64,000 nucleotides of DNA. Source: Candidatus Latescibacterota bacterium. GTDB taxonomy: Bacteria; Latescibacterota; UBA2968; UBA8231. The stretch spans positions 3,200,001-3,264,000 of the forward strand of contig OZ241362.1 of assembly GCA_965200315.1 (NCBI GenBank). Direction: 5' to 3'. The stretch's first letter is position 1. Each line of letters starts with the position of its first letter. The position numbers were made by a program, and so were the translations under genes. The notes beneath the pieces were generated by a model. That model did no database searches, had not been told where the DNA came from, and saw only the letters and a list, made by a program, of their open reading frames with translations. Positions 1-9,784 of this stretch are shown piece after piece.

Positions 1-1045
1 TCTTGATGTCGAGCATGGTGCCCCACAGTGGGATGTTGCGCGAGTGGTGCTCTAGGGCGAGGAAATTGGGCAGGGTGGAACAGATATGCACCGCGGCCAT
101 GCCCGTAATCGCGCTCCGCATGTAGTGGGGGGCTACCGACATGTGGTACATCTCGGCCAGCTCGGCGATGCGGCGGATTTCAATGGCGCCGCCGCTGTGG
201 GGGATGTCCGGTTCCAGTAGGTCGCAGGCCTGTTGTTCCATTAACTCGCGGAACATCTTGGCGCCGTAGAAAATCTCGCCGGTGCAGATCGGCGTCTCGG
301 TCTGCTGACAGATTTTGGCCAGGGCGGCGACATTGCCCCACTCCCAGCGGATGGGGTCCTCCAACCAAAGCAGGTCGAGGTGCTCCACGTCTTTGCAGAT
401 GCGCAGGGCGTCGGCGAGGTTGAAGGAACCGTGCAAGTCGATAGATAAGTCGATGTAAGGGCCAATCGCGTGGCGCAGGCTTTCGATGGTGGTGACGATG
501 TGGTGGTGCTGCCGGCGGCTGATGGAGCGGTCGTAGGTGTCGAGCTTCCAAGGGTTGGGCACGTCGAGATCGAACTTGATCGCGGTGTATCCTTCGGCTA
601 CCACCTCTTGGGCCATGGACACGTAGGCGCTGGTTTCGTACACCGGATCCAATTGCCCGCTGGCCCGCGTCTCCTGCCAGCGCCGCTCGTAGTCTTCCCG
701 CGTCCAGTGTGCGCCCGAGTGGCAGTCGCAGTACACGCGGATGCGGTCGCGCAGTTTGCCGCCCAGCAGCTCGTGCATAGGTGCGTTTAGCTGCTTGCCG
801 CGGATGTCCCACAGGGCGATTTCCACGCCGGCGCCGCGGCCCTGCATCTGCCACAGGTGATCGTAGTGAAGCTGATTGATGTTGGTCGGGTCGCGGCCGA
901 TGATCATTCGTTTGAGCTGCTCGATGGCCCCCCCAGCCCACTCGCCAAGGCCGACAATGCCTTCGTCCGTGAAAATTTTCAGCAAGGACCAGTGGCGATT
1001 TTCAGCGCCGAGGGAGGGCGTAACCTTAATGTCGGTGATCTTCAT
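1..1045 (-). CDS. Mandelate racemase/muconate lactonizing enzyme (enolase superfamily) acid-sugar dehydratase, runs off the left edge
   Basis: Manual translation from ATG at 1045: MKITDIKVTPSLGAENRHWSLLKIFTDEGIVGLGEW...EIALWDIRGK...DLHG...WLEDP...TGE; not in the ORF track because it has no stop within the window. Confidence 0.9.
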   Translation of the reverse strand, partial: MKITDIKVTPSLGAENRHWSLLKIFTDEGIVGLGEWAGGAIEQLKRMIIGRDPTNINQLHYDHLWQMQGRGAGVEIALWDIRGKQLNAPMHELLGGKLRDRIRVYCDCHSGAHWTREDYERRWQETRASGQLDPVYETSAYVSMAQEVVAEGYTAIKFDLDVPNPWKLDTYDRSISRRQHHHIVTTIESLRHAIGPYIDLSIDLHGSFNLADALRICKDVEHLDLLWLEDPIRWEWGNVAALAKICQQTETPICTGEIFYGAKMFRELMEQQACDLLEPDIPHSGGAIEIRRIAELAEMYHMSVAPHYMRSAITGMAAVHICSTLPNFLALEHHSRNIPLWGTMLDIK

Positions 1046-1069
1046 GGTCTCTCTTTCGCTGGCAAACAT

Positions 1070-1106
1070 AAGAAAGCGCGACTTCGGATGTGCAGAAGTC
1101 GCGCTT
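1070..1106 (-). terminator. Intrinsic terminator or attenuator hairpin upstream of the dehydratase gene
   Basis: 12-bp perfect inverted repeat AAGCGCGACTTC (1074-1085) / GAAGTCGCGCTT (1095-1106), followed by a T-rich tract on the minus strand. Confidence 0.65.
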
Positions 1107-1239
1107 AAAGATGGTGGAGGGCCTGCAGCCTTTCCAAAATCCGCGATCTCCTTATTCGTTCGTTGACTTACAGATCGCTACAAACATCAGCGGATGACTC
1201 TCCGAGGTGCCGATCACGGAAGTTTCCGCCTTCTTATGG

Positions 1240-1425
1240 TCAAAATAGGTTCCGCTGAGACATGGGGTCAAGGATGTCCTGCCAGTTGAGTACGCCCTCG
1301 TATTCGCGCACGACCGGTTCGATCTCCTCCTGCACATTGAGCAAGCCGCGGGCGAGGAGATAGCCCTCCTCCTGAAAATGTTCACGCGCATGGTTGATAT
1401 CGCTGTTGTCGGTGCTGTAACACCT
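1240..1425 (-). pseudogene. N-terminal fragment of a phytanoyl-CoA dioxygenase-like gene, no start codon
   Basis: Translation ...INHAREHFQEEGYLLARGLLNVQEEIEPVVREYEGVL... resembles the PhyH N-terminal F..EGYL motif; in frame directly after the sulfatase stop. Confidence 0.55.
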
Positions 1426-2871
1426 TTATTCGTCCACGACCTCCAGTATAGAGCCGTCGGGCTGAATCCGCCGCCTTTCCGCCTCGACCTCCTCAAACCA
1501 CCCCTCCAACGCCCCGAGCATTCGGCTCGCACGCTCCGACTCATCCGTCGCCATGTTGTTCTGTTCAAGCGGGTCGTCGTCAATATTGTAGAGCTCCAAA
1601 TCAGCCGGCGGCGGGACAATCAACTCGGGATCCGGCTCGCGCATCAGCTCCGTCACCTCGTCGGGGTGGTATTTGTATTGGATATCCACTTCCACGTAGC
1701 GCTCCATCACGCGCTTATCCGCATCGGTCTTGGGCTTTTGCGCCAACTGGGGACGGACCAGCTTCCACGGCCCCTCGCGCATCGCCGCGTTGATCCAGCC
1801 GACGGGCTGAAATTGGTTGAGCTGCCAAAATCGCGCCGGAGCGTCATCGCCGGTGCCGCGCAACACCGCCGCGGCGTCGCGCCCGTCTAGGGGCCGCCTG
1901 CCGGGCGGCTCGATACCGCACAACCCGGCTAATGTCGGCAACCAATCCATACCGTGCACCAACTCGTCGACCTGCCGCCTCCCCTCCAACCCGCCGCGCC
2001 AGCGCACGATCATCGGCACCCGGATGCCGCCCTCGTAAACCGACCCTTTCTGCCCGTTAAAGCCGCAATTGTAGCGCCGTAAATCCGTGCTCATCCCCTC
2101 GGGCACTTGGTCGGGTCGCGTTCCAAACGCCGGTCCGTTGTCGCTGGTGAACATCAGGATCGTATCGTCCGCCAGCCCCAGAGCATCCAAGGTTTCCGCG
2201 ATCCGCCCGACGCCCCGATCCATGATCTCGTTCATCGCGTAGGTAATCGCCACACCCGGGCTCATCCCTGCGTCGAGATAGGGTTGTACCGCCTCGTCGG
2301 GGGCCTGCAACGGCGTATGCGGCGCATTGTACATCATGCAGAGCAGAAAGGGGTCCTGCCGGTGCCGCGTAATAAAATCCACCGCCTCGTCGGTGAACAC
2401 ATCGGTCAAATAGCGCCCGTCCGCGGTCTCGCGCCGCCCGTTGCGCTCGACCCACCAGTCAAAATAATCCATCCACCCGCCGCGAAAGCCCAAAAACTCA
2501 TCGAAGCCGCGTGCGTTGGGATGATAGCGATCGTCAAGTGCTCCATTGTGCCACTTGCCGATCAGCCCCGTCGCATACCCCGCGTGTTTGTACGCATCGC
2601 CGATGGTCTCCTCGTCGAGCGCGATGCGGTCCATCCCGCGCACCTCCATCGGTGTCAACGCGCCGGTGCGGTGCGGGTAACGACCCGTAAGAAGCGCCGC
2701 CCGCGACGGCGAGCAGGCCGGCGAGCCGGCGTAGTGTTGGGTCAGACAGACCCCCTCGCCAACCAGTGCGTCGAGATGGGGTGTGCGGGCCGGGCCGTCG
2801 TTAAAAACGCCGAAATCGCCATAGCCCATGTCGTCGGCGACGATAAGAATCACATTGGGTCGTTTTGGCAT
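1426..2871 (-). CDS. Arylsulfatase (formylglycine-dependent, Cys-type)
   Basis: PNVILIVADD, CSPSRAALLTGR, GKWH, SDNG, EGGIRVP motifs. Confidence 0.95.
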   Translation of the reverse strand: MPKRPNVILIVADDMGYGDFGVFNDGPARTPHLDALVGEGVCLTQHYAGSPACSPSRAALLTGRYPHRTGALTPMEVRGMDRIALDEETIGDAYKHAGYATGLIGKWHNGALDDRYHPNARGFDEFLGFRGGWMDYFDWWVERNGRRETADGRYLTDVFTDEAVDFITRHRQDPFLLCMMYNAPHTPLQAPDEAVQPYLDAGMSPGVAITYAMNEIMDRGVGRIAETLDALGLADDTILMFTSDNGPAFGTRPDQVPEGMSTDLRRYNCGFNGQKGSVYEGGIRVPMIVRWRGGLEGRRQVDELVHGMDWLPTLAGLCGIEPPGRRPLDGRDAAAVLRGTGDDAPARFWQLNQFQPVGWINAAMREGPWKLVRPQLAQKPKTDADKRVMERYVEVDIQYKYHPDEVTELMREPDPELIVPPPADLELYNIDDDPLEQNNMATDESERASRMLGALEGWFEEVEAERRRIQPDGSILEVVDE

Positions 2872-3123
2872 TACGATTATCCTTAGTCGTAAAGAAATTT
2901 CAAGAGAGTCTCATGTGATCTCGCCCGCCGCGCTCCTCCACCCAGATGTTATGAATAACGTCGTTGAGAGTCAGCGTAATGTTTAATCCGCTGCCTAGCG
3001 CGTCTCCAAACCAGCTAAGACTTCGCGGAAGCTGTTGAGACTGAAATCGGTGGTGTGGGAGTGAAGTTATTAGATGAGGTTGCAAAAAGAGGGTGGGCTA
3101 CTGCTATAACAGTGCCTTTCAAG

Positions 3124-3164
3124 ACAAACGTCTCTCCGGAGAATCACCCCGAAGAGACGTTTGT
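3124..3164 (-). terminator. Terminator hairpin downstream of tmRNA
   Basis: ACAAACGTCTCT...AGAGACGTTTGT inverted repeat 11 nt after the CCA end. Confidence 0.7.
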
Positions 3165-3175
3165 GTGTGGAAGAA

Positions 3176-3534
3176 TGGTGGAGGCGGCGGGAATCGAACC
3201 CGCGTCCGAGACCGGTTCTACCGAAATATGCTACGTGCGTAGTCGGCCTTAGTTATCTCGCCTGTTGCGCTGCCGGCCAACGGGCCACGCAACAGGCCAG
3301 CCCGAAAAATCTCGCCCCATTCCCTCGGGCGAAGGTTTGGGACCAGCCTGCTAAGAGATGGCATTGGGGCCTGCCGCGCAGGCTCAACAGACCCCAATGG
3401 GCTGCTCTAAATTTAGGCAGCCAGAGCGTACGTGTTATTTTCGTCGCTTAATTGTTTCCCGAGGATTTACGAGGTGTCGGGACCTCGGCACGCAATTTGG
3501 GCTTCTCCGACCCCGTCGAAGCCAAGTCGCCCCC
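3176..3534 (-). ncRNA. ssrA: tmRNA, tag peptide (A)DENNTYALAA
   Basis: 5' GGGGGCGACTTGGCTTCGACGGGG, 3' GGTTCGATTCCCGCCGCCTCCACCA; tag ORF 3413-3445 ending YALAA-TAA; 359 nt. Confidence 0.97.
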
Positions 3535-3541
3535 TTGGAGC

Positions 3542-3571
3542 ATAATAACCGAAAATCGAGCGCAATGTCAA
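3542..3571 (-). promoter_or_regulatory. Sigma70-type promoter of ssrA
   Basis: TTGACA-18 nt-TATTAT on the minus strand immediately upstream of the tmRNA 5' end. Confidence 0.7.
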
Positions 3572-3574
3572 CGC

Positions 3575-4393
3575 TTAGTTCACCTTATTCTGTGGGTTAA
3601 GAACGACCAGTTCCGCCGGCTGCAGCCGGCTGTCCGGTGAGTAGAGGCAAACCCGGTAGATCTCGTTGTTCTCGATCAGGAACTCGTTGCCCCAGAATAG
3701 GATGGCGTTGTGCGGCGCGTCGTGGATCAGGTTGTGGGCCAAGCGCATGCCGACCCCGTCGGCCCCGATGCCGGCGACATAGCAGCGGGTCCAGCGCGCA
3801 AAGTGGTGGATATGGTTGTTGACGACGGCGTGGTTGCAGGGGGTCAGACTGGGGCGGTCGCCGCCGCTGACGCTGATTCTTGGCCCCACGGGTTGGACAT
3901 CGGCTTGGTGAAGCCGGTGATTGCGGCGAACTGCCCGGCATTGGGCCACTGGGCCACGGTCATGGGCAGGTCACTGAAGAAGAGCTCCAGATGGGCCGGT
4001 GCCGTGTCGCGGCCGAACCCGCGCGAGACAAAAGCGCCAAGGTCTGTCATACCCTCGGCGGTCAGATCGATCTGCACGTCGTGCTCCTTCGCCGCCTCGG
4101 CCAGACGGGCCCGGCCGCGGGATCGATCACGGGCATCCACGCCGCCGGGTCGAGCTGCCGGCCGCCTAGGAGGCGCACCGTCTCGCCCTCGGCAGGGCAA
4201 TACACGGTGGGGCTGCGGCCGTGCCCGAGTCCTCCGGGCCGAAGTGTACGCCGTGCGCCAGTGCGTGAACCCCACTGCGGACCCGGACCTTCAGGCCACC
4301 GGTGGGTAGGCCGGAGGTCGCCTTTAGTTCCCGGACTGCATCTCGGGCACCTTCGAGCGTGGCGAACGGCCTGCCGTCATTGAGCTCTGCCAT
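3575..4393 (-). pseudogene. Frameshifted, internally deleted right-handed parallel beta-helix protein
   Basis: Fragments in several frames: PFATLEGARDAVR, HLELFFSDLPMTVAQWPN, NNHIHHFARW...AHNLIHDAPHNAILFWGNEFLIENNEIYRVC. Confidence 0.8.
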
Positions 4394-4482
4394 GTCATTT
4401 TCCTCAACCAAGACGAAAACTAACCCAACAAGGAGACCAACATGTTGCCGTCATTAAGCTCTGCCATGTCCCTCTCCTCAAC
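4372..4482. repeat. 37-bp imperfect direct repeat duplicating an RBS plus MAELNDG start
   Basis: 4372-4408 vs 4446-4482, 33/37 identical. Confidence 0.85.
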
Positions 4483-4484
4483 GC

Positions 4485-5441
4485 TCAGTTCACCACGTTG
4501 ATCGGCGCACCGTCCATAAAAGCCCGCACGTTCTCCGCCGTCATTTGCATCAGTCGCTTGCGCGCCTCTAGCGTGGCCCAAGCCATGTGCGGCGTGATGA
4601 GCAGATTCGGTGCCTGCAAGAGCGGATTGCCGCTAGTGATTGGCTCGACGGAAGCCACGTCCGTTGCCGCCGCCCGGGGCTTGCCAGTGCGTAGGGCTTG
4701 CAAAAGGGCCTGCTCATCGACGAGTGCGCCGCGCGACGTGTTGATGAACAGCGCCCCTTCTTTCATGGTGGCTAACAACTCGGCGTTGACAAAACCGGTG
4801 TTGTCGGGCGTCTGCGGGCAGTGCAAGCTGACCACATCGGCTCCGGCGAAAATCTCCGCCGTGCTCTTGAGGGCAAACGGCGCGTACCCCGGCGGGTCCT
4901 TGGGCGACGGCGCATACGCCCAGACTTCCATGCCAAAAGCGTGGGCCAGCTCGCCGACGCGCTGGCCGATGCGCCCAAAGCCCACGAGGCCGATAATTTT
5001 TCCCGCCAACTCCATCAGCGGCGTCTCCCAAAAACACCAGTGGCCCGATTCAGCCCAGCCGCCGCGATGGACCGCCGCGTCGTGGCGACCGACGTGGTGG
5101 CATAGCTCCAGCAGTAGCGCCATGGTGTATTGGGCGACCGAGTCGGTGCCGTACACTGGAATGTTTGACACCGGGATGGCGTGGGTGCGCGCGGCTTCCA
5201 CATCGACGACGTTGTACCCAGTGGCCGTAACCGACACGAAGCGCAGGTTGGGTAGCTGGGCAAATGTCTCGGCCGTCAGCGGCACCTTGTTGGTCAAAAT
5301 CACGTCGGCGTCCGCAGCCCGCTCTAAGATCAGGTCGTCAGGTGTTTTGTCGTACACCGCAAATTCGCCCAACGCCGAGACCGGATCCCAAGGGTTGTCG
5401 CCGGGGTTTAGGGTGTGTCCGTCTAGTACGGTGATTTTCAT
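4485..5441 (-). CDS. D-2-hydroxyacid dehydrogenase (glycerate dehydrogenase-like)
   Basis: MKITVLDGHTLNPGD, GFGRIG, INTSRG, TPHMAW motifs. Confidence 0.93.
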   Translation of the reverse strand: MKITVLDGHTLNPGDNPWDPVSALGEFAVYDKTPDDLILERAADADVILTNKVPLTAETFAQLPNLRFVSVTATGYNVVDVEAARTHAIPVSNIPVYGTDSVAQYTMALLLELCHHVGRHDAAVHRGGWAESGHWCFWETPLMELAGKIIGLVGFGRIGQRVGELAHAFGMEVWAYAPSPKDPPGYAPFALKSTAEIFAGADVVSLHCPQTPDNTGFVNAELLATMKEGALFINTSRGALVDEQALLQALRTGKPRAAATDVASVEPITSGNPLLQAPNLLITPHMAWATLEARKRLMQMTAENVRAFMDGAPINVVN

Positions 5442-5463
5442 GGGATTCCTTTTGTTTGCAGAG

Positions 5464-7305
5464 CTATTTCTGTAGCTGACCCACGTCCCGCACGGCTCCG
5501 TGCGCTGCGCTCGTCGTCAGCGCGGCATACGCCTGTAGCGATTGGGGGATGTGGCGTTGGCGGTTGCGGGGCCGATAGGCGTCTATTTTTTGCCGTCGTG
5601 CAGACAGCTCGGCGTCTGCGATTAGCACGTCGATTGTGCGATTGGGAATGTCGATACGAATCCGGTCGCCGGTTTCCACCAAGGCGAGTGCGCCGCCCTC
5701 AGCCGCTTCCGGCGAGACGTGGCCAATCGACAGCCCGGAGGTGCCGCCGGAAAAGCGGCCATCGGTCAACAGCGCACAGGTCTTGCCCAGCCCCATGGAC
5801 TTGATGTACGACGTTGGATAGAGCATCTCCTGCATCCCTGGCCCGCCCTTGGGCCCCTCGTAGCGGATCACTACCAAGTCGCCATCGCGGACCTTGCCGC
5901 CTAAGATGCCCTCGCATGCTTCGTCTTGCGACTCAAAAATTTGGGCCGTGCCCTCAAAGACCCAGATCGACTCATCAACGCCAGCCGTCTTCACGATGCA
6001 GCCCTCCTCGGCGATGTTGCCGAAAAGCACGGCCAGCCCACCGTCCTGCGAATAAGCGTACGCGACCGAGCGGATGCAGCCCGTTTGAGCATCGGTGTCC
6101 GACTCGGCGTAAAAGTTGTTCTGGGAAAAGGCGGTTTTCGTCCGCACGTTGCCCGGGGCCGCCAATGCCCGCTGCACAGCCATCGCGTCGACCGGACCGG
6201 ACCCGCGAATGTCGTTGGCGGCGATCAGGTCGCCCAGCGATGGCCCGGCCACGGTCTTTGGCTCGGGGTGGATTTTGCCGCCGCGCCACAGCTCGCCTAA
6301 AATGCTCATAATGCCGCCGGCGCGTGCGACGTCCTCTATGTGAAACTCCTGAGTGGCCGGTGCCACTTTGCAGATACAGGGGACTTGCCGCGAGAGCCGG
6401 TCGATGTCGGCCATGGTGAAGTTGACTTCGGCCTCGCGGGCCATGGCCAACAGGTGCAGGACCGTGTTGGTGGAGCCACCCATGGCGATGTCTAAGGTCA
6501 TGGCGTTTTCAAAGGCCGCGAAGTTCGCAATGCTCCTCGGCAGTACCGACGTGTCGCCCTCTAAGTAAAATGCCTTGGCCATTTCGACGATCCGCTTGCC
6601 GGCCGCGGCAAAAAGCTCCCAGCGCAGCGCGTGCGTGGCGAGGATGGTGCCGTTGCCCGGCAGGGCTAGGCCGATGGCTTCGTTGAGGCAGTTCATGGAG
6701 TTGGCGGTGAACATGCCCGAGCACGAGCCGCAAGTCGGGCAGGCTTGTTCCTCCATCTTGGCCACGTCCTCGTCGCTCAGGTTGGGGTCGGCCGCAGCGA
6801 CCATGGAGTCGACTAGATCGAGCTTGGCGCGGCCCGTTGATAGATCGGTCTTGCCGGCCTCCATCGGCCCGCCCGAGACGAAGATCGCCGGAATGTTGAG
6901 CCTGAGCGCGGCCAGCAACATGCCTGGGGTGATCTTGTCGCAATTGGAAATGCAGACGAGGGCATCGGCCTTGTGGGCTTGGACCATGTACTCGACGCTG
7001 TCGGCGATTAGCTCGCGGCTCGGCAGGGAGTAGAGCATGCCGTCGTGTCCCATGGCAATGCCGTCATCTACGGCAATGGTGTTGAACTCCACGCCGTAGC
7101 CGCCGTGCTGATCGATCACTTCCTTGACCTTTTGGCCGATGGGGTGCAAATGCACGTGCCCGGGCACGAACTGAGTAAAGGAGTTGGCGATGGCGACGAT
7201 GGGCTTTTGGAAGTCCTCGGTCTTCATGCCGGTGGCGCGCCACAAGGCACGTGCGCCGGCCATGCGCCGCCCCTGAGTGGTGGTACTGCTGCGAAATGAT
7301 TGCAT
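5464..7305 (-). CDS. ilvD: Dihydroxy-acid dehydratase
   Basis: [46 protein letters not shown]. Confidence 0.98.
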   Translation of the reverse strand: MQSFRSSTTTQGRRMAGARALWRATGMKTEDFQKPIVAIANSFTQFVPGHVHLHPIGQKVKEVIDQHGGYGVEFNTIAVDDGIAMGHDGMLYSLPSRELIADSVEYMVQAHKADALVCISNCDKITPGMLLAALRLNIPAIFVSGGPMEAGKTDLSTGRAKLDLVDSMVAAADPNLSDEDVAKMEEQACPTCGSCSGMFTANSMNCLNEAIGLALPGNGTILATHALRWELFAAAGKRIVEMAKAFYLEGDTSVLPRSIANFAAFENAMTLDIAMGGSTNTVLHLLAMAREAEVNFTMADIDRLSRQVPCICKVAPATQEFHIEDVARAGGIMSILGELWRGGKIHPEPKTVAGPSLGDLIAANDIRGSGPVDAMAVQRALAAPGNVRTKTAFSQNNFYAESDTDAQTGCIRSVAYAYSQDGGLAVLFGNIAEEGCIVKTAGVDESIWVFEGTAQIFESQDEACEGILGGKVRDGDLVVIRYEGPKGGPGMQEMLYPTSYIKSMGLGKTCALLTDGRFSGGTSGLSIGHVSPEAAEGGALALVETGDRIRIDIPNRTIDVLIADAELSARRQKIDAYRPRNRQRHIPQSLQAYAALTTSAAHGAVRDVGQLQK

Positions 7306-7343
7306 AATAGCTCTTTCAAAAAGCTGCCGTCTAGCAGCGGGTT

Positions 7344-7610
7344 TCAGGTAGCAAAGTCAATTTCTAGCGCATCGCCCATAGGCACGTAGCCGATTTTCAT
7401 ATAGATGCTGTTGGAGGTTGGATTGGCTTGATCGGCAAATAGGCTGCAAAACGAGTAGCGCTCGGCGAGCAGTTGCTTGCTCAACGACGCGACGCATGAA
7501 GTGGCGTATCCCTTGTCGCGCTGCTCGGGCGGCGTGTACACCGCGGTGACGGTTACGCCGTTTCGCATTGGGCGCGTCGTTTTGGCAATTCGAGACAGGC
7601 ACCTGAAAGC
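7344..7610 (-). pseudogene. C-terminal fragment of a GNAT acetyltransferase
   Basis: VYTPPEQRDKGYAT...LFADQANPTSNSIYMKIGY; the N-terminal part is missing and the upstream ORF-track residues merely overlap tamA. Confidence 0.8.
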
Positions 7611-7654
7611 GCAATCAGTTCGCTGGCGTCGGCGTGATGTATTATTTCGACCAT

Positions 7655-9784
7655 TCAGAAAGCCTGACCGATGGAAAAATAAAGGTGCCGCCGCTGATAC
7701 AACCGCTTCCACCACTGTTTCTCGTCAGATGGGTTGTCGAGGGAGCCATCGCTGAAGGCTATGTCGAGCCGGAGGGGAAAGCCCAAAGCGTAGCGCAGCC
7801 CCCCCCCATAGCCATCGACCATGCTTCGCAAGGTCGCTTGGCTTGGCTGGCGCCAGACCTGCGCCCGATCCCAAAAGCCAACAAGGCCGAAGCTGTTGCG
7901 CTGGTAGCGCAATTCCCCGCGCATATTCAGGCCGAGACGTCCGCCGCCCGGCACGTGTATGACGTCGCGCTCAACGCCGCGCAGGGACCCCTCGCCCCCG
8001 TATGTCCACCAGTATTTCTGCGGTAACCGCCGTCCCTCGCGCAGTGAAGCCGCTCCTCCCCCTTGCAGGGCTAGGGCCAACACCAGCCGACGCGAGAGCG
8101 GTTGGTAATACGTGAATGCGGCCTCACCGTCGATCACATAAGTCTGACGCCGACCAAGAGTGAACGAGTAGGCATAGAGTCCGGTCAACCGCAAGAGCGC
8201 ACCGCGCGTGGGAGCAAAGGGATCGTCGCGCGAGTCGCGCAAAAACTCGGTTTTCAAATTGACCGAGCGCTCGCGTTCGGTCAGAATTCGCAGCCAATCC
8301 GCCGTCGCTGGGATCTTGCCGTCGCTGTAGTCTATAACCTCGTCTTGGGCAGATAAATTGCCTTTGCTAGAGAAATCGAAGTCGTCGTCGCCAAACAGAT
8401 CGTCCGCGTCGGTCGTCTCATCGCTGTCGGTTTCACCCTCGTCTCCGGGATCAAGAGGCTTGGGAGCGTAGTCGATGCGCTTGCTCGGATCGGGCCGGGT
8501 GCGCGAGTCTTCTCCGCTAATAGAGACTTGGGCTTGGTAGATCTCGCGCCAGCCCTTGGTGAGCGTTGCTTCCGCTTTCCACAAGTGCTCAACTGCGAGG
8601 TAGTTGAAGGTGGCTGTGTTTATATACTCTCGTATAACCGCTTCCCCCCCGAAGGGAAGGAACAAAAAGTCGTTGAGCACCGAATCGTTGGCCGTCAAAA
8701 GCGCGACTTGCCGCTGGTCGTCTGGGTTGCCCTGCTGCTTGGTCGGCTGCCATTTGTCGGTGACCCCTACCGACAACACCAAGTCAGCGCCCGTGCCTAG
8801 CAAGTTGCGCTCGGTAAAGGACGCGGTGACGCCCTGCTCTGGCTTCCCCCAACCGGCATTGAGGCTTAGTCGAGCGCCACGGCCCAGCCAGTTGTTGTGC
8901 TGCACGACCCCGCCTACGCGCGGCTCAATGTTGCTGAAGAAGGCACCGGCACTTAGGGAGATACGCTTTCTTTCTTTTAAGCGAACCACGACCGGCTGCA
9001 AGCTGTCACCCGTCTCGGGAGTGAGTAGAAAGACCGAGCGGAACAGGCCGGTCTTCGCCAGTTGCTCGCGGCTTTTGGCTAGCTGCTCGGGATTGTACAA
9101 GCCCCCCTGCTCAAAGTGTAGATAACGCTCGATTACCTCCTTGCGCGTGTATAGCTGGTCGAGGTTTTCGACCTCGACAGCACCGAAGTACATCTTGCGC
9201 CCGGGATTGATGTGAAAGACGACCTCTGTGCTGCGGCTAGCGCGGTCGTCCTCCACCCACTCATTGTGTACTGCGGCATGAGGGTAGCCGTGCTGATTGA
9301 GAAAGACCTGTAGTTGGCGCTCGCCTTTGAGCACCTTGCCGTAGTCGAGGGGTGCACCAGCGCGCAGACCGACCTGAGCACTCAGGGTGTCGGCCGCAAA
9401 GGGTGCGCCCCCTACGAGCGTTAGGGTGCGCACCGTCCACAGTGCGCCGCTGTTGATTTCAATGTGAATGTGGACTCGGTTTTTGGCGTCCAAGCGCAGG
9501 AGCTTGCGGACGATCTCGGCGTCGCGATAGCCCTTGCTGTAATAGAGATTGACTAGGCCGCTCAGGTCGTTTTTGAAGAAGCGGCGTTGGAAGCGCTTGC
9601 CCTCTTGGGTCAGCATGACCGAGCGCAAGGTCTCGCCTTTGATGCGCTTTGCGCCTCGGTGAACGAAGCGAATCTGAGCCACCTTGTGACCATCGGCTTC
9701 GCGAGCCGATATTTCGCGCAGATCCTCTTGGGCCAAGGCCGTCCCCGCGAGAGCCAGACAGAGGACGGCGGCGAGTACGCTCAT
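7655..9784 (-). CDS. Omp85 family outer-membrane protein (TamA-like, POTRA domains plus beta-barrel)
   Basis: Signal peptide, POTRA-like repeats, GGEGSLRG lid motif, C-terminal YFSIGQAF; start overlaps the tamB stop. Confidence 0.88.
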   Translation of the reverse strand: MSVLAAVLCLALAGTALAQEDLREISAREADGHKVAQIRFVHRGAKRIKGETLRSVMLTQEGKRFQRRFFKNDLSGLVNLYYSKGYRDAEIVRKLLRLDAKNRVHIHIEINSGALWTVRTLTLVGGAPFAADTLSAQVGLRAGAPLDYGKVLKGERQLQVFLNQHGYPHAAVHNEWVEDDRASRSTEVVFHINPGRKMYFGAVEVENLDQLYTRKEVIERYLHFEQGGLYNPEQLAKSREQLAKTGLFRSVFLLTPETGDSLQPVVVRLKERKRISLSAGAFFSNIEPRVGGVVQHNNWLGRGARLSLNAGWGKPEQGVTASFTERNLLGTGADLVLSVGVTDKWQPTKQQGNPDDQRQVALLTANDSVLNDFLFLPFGGEAVIREYINTATFNYLAVEHLWKAEATLTKGWREIYQAQVSISGEDSRTRPDPSKRIDYAPKPLDPGDEGETDSDETTDADDLFGDDDFDFSSKGNLSAQDEVIDYSDGKIPATADWLRILTERERSVNLKTEFLRDSRDDPFAPTRGALLRLTGLYAYSFTLGRRQTYVIDGEAAFTYYQPLSRRLVLALALQGGGAASLREGRRLPQKYWWTYGGEGSLRGVERDVIHVPGGGRLGLNMRGELRYQRNSFGLVGFWDRAQVWRQPSQATLRSMVDGYGGGLRYALGFPLRLDIAFSDGSLDNPSDEKQWWKRLYQRRHLYFSIGQAF

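Noticed and set aside
1240-1428. Stop-codon readthrough fusing the sulfatase to the PhyH fragment
   Set aside because: An in-frame junction has a 1-in-3 chance, TAA is rarely read through, and the fragment lacks the catalytic part
2900-3085. 61-aa ORF downstream of tmRNA
   Set aside because: No recognisable motif or RBS; possibly a remnant
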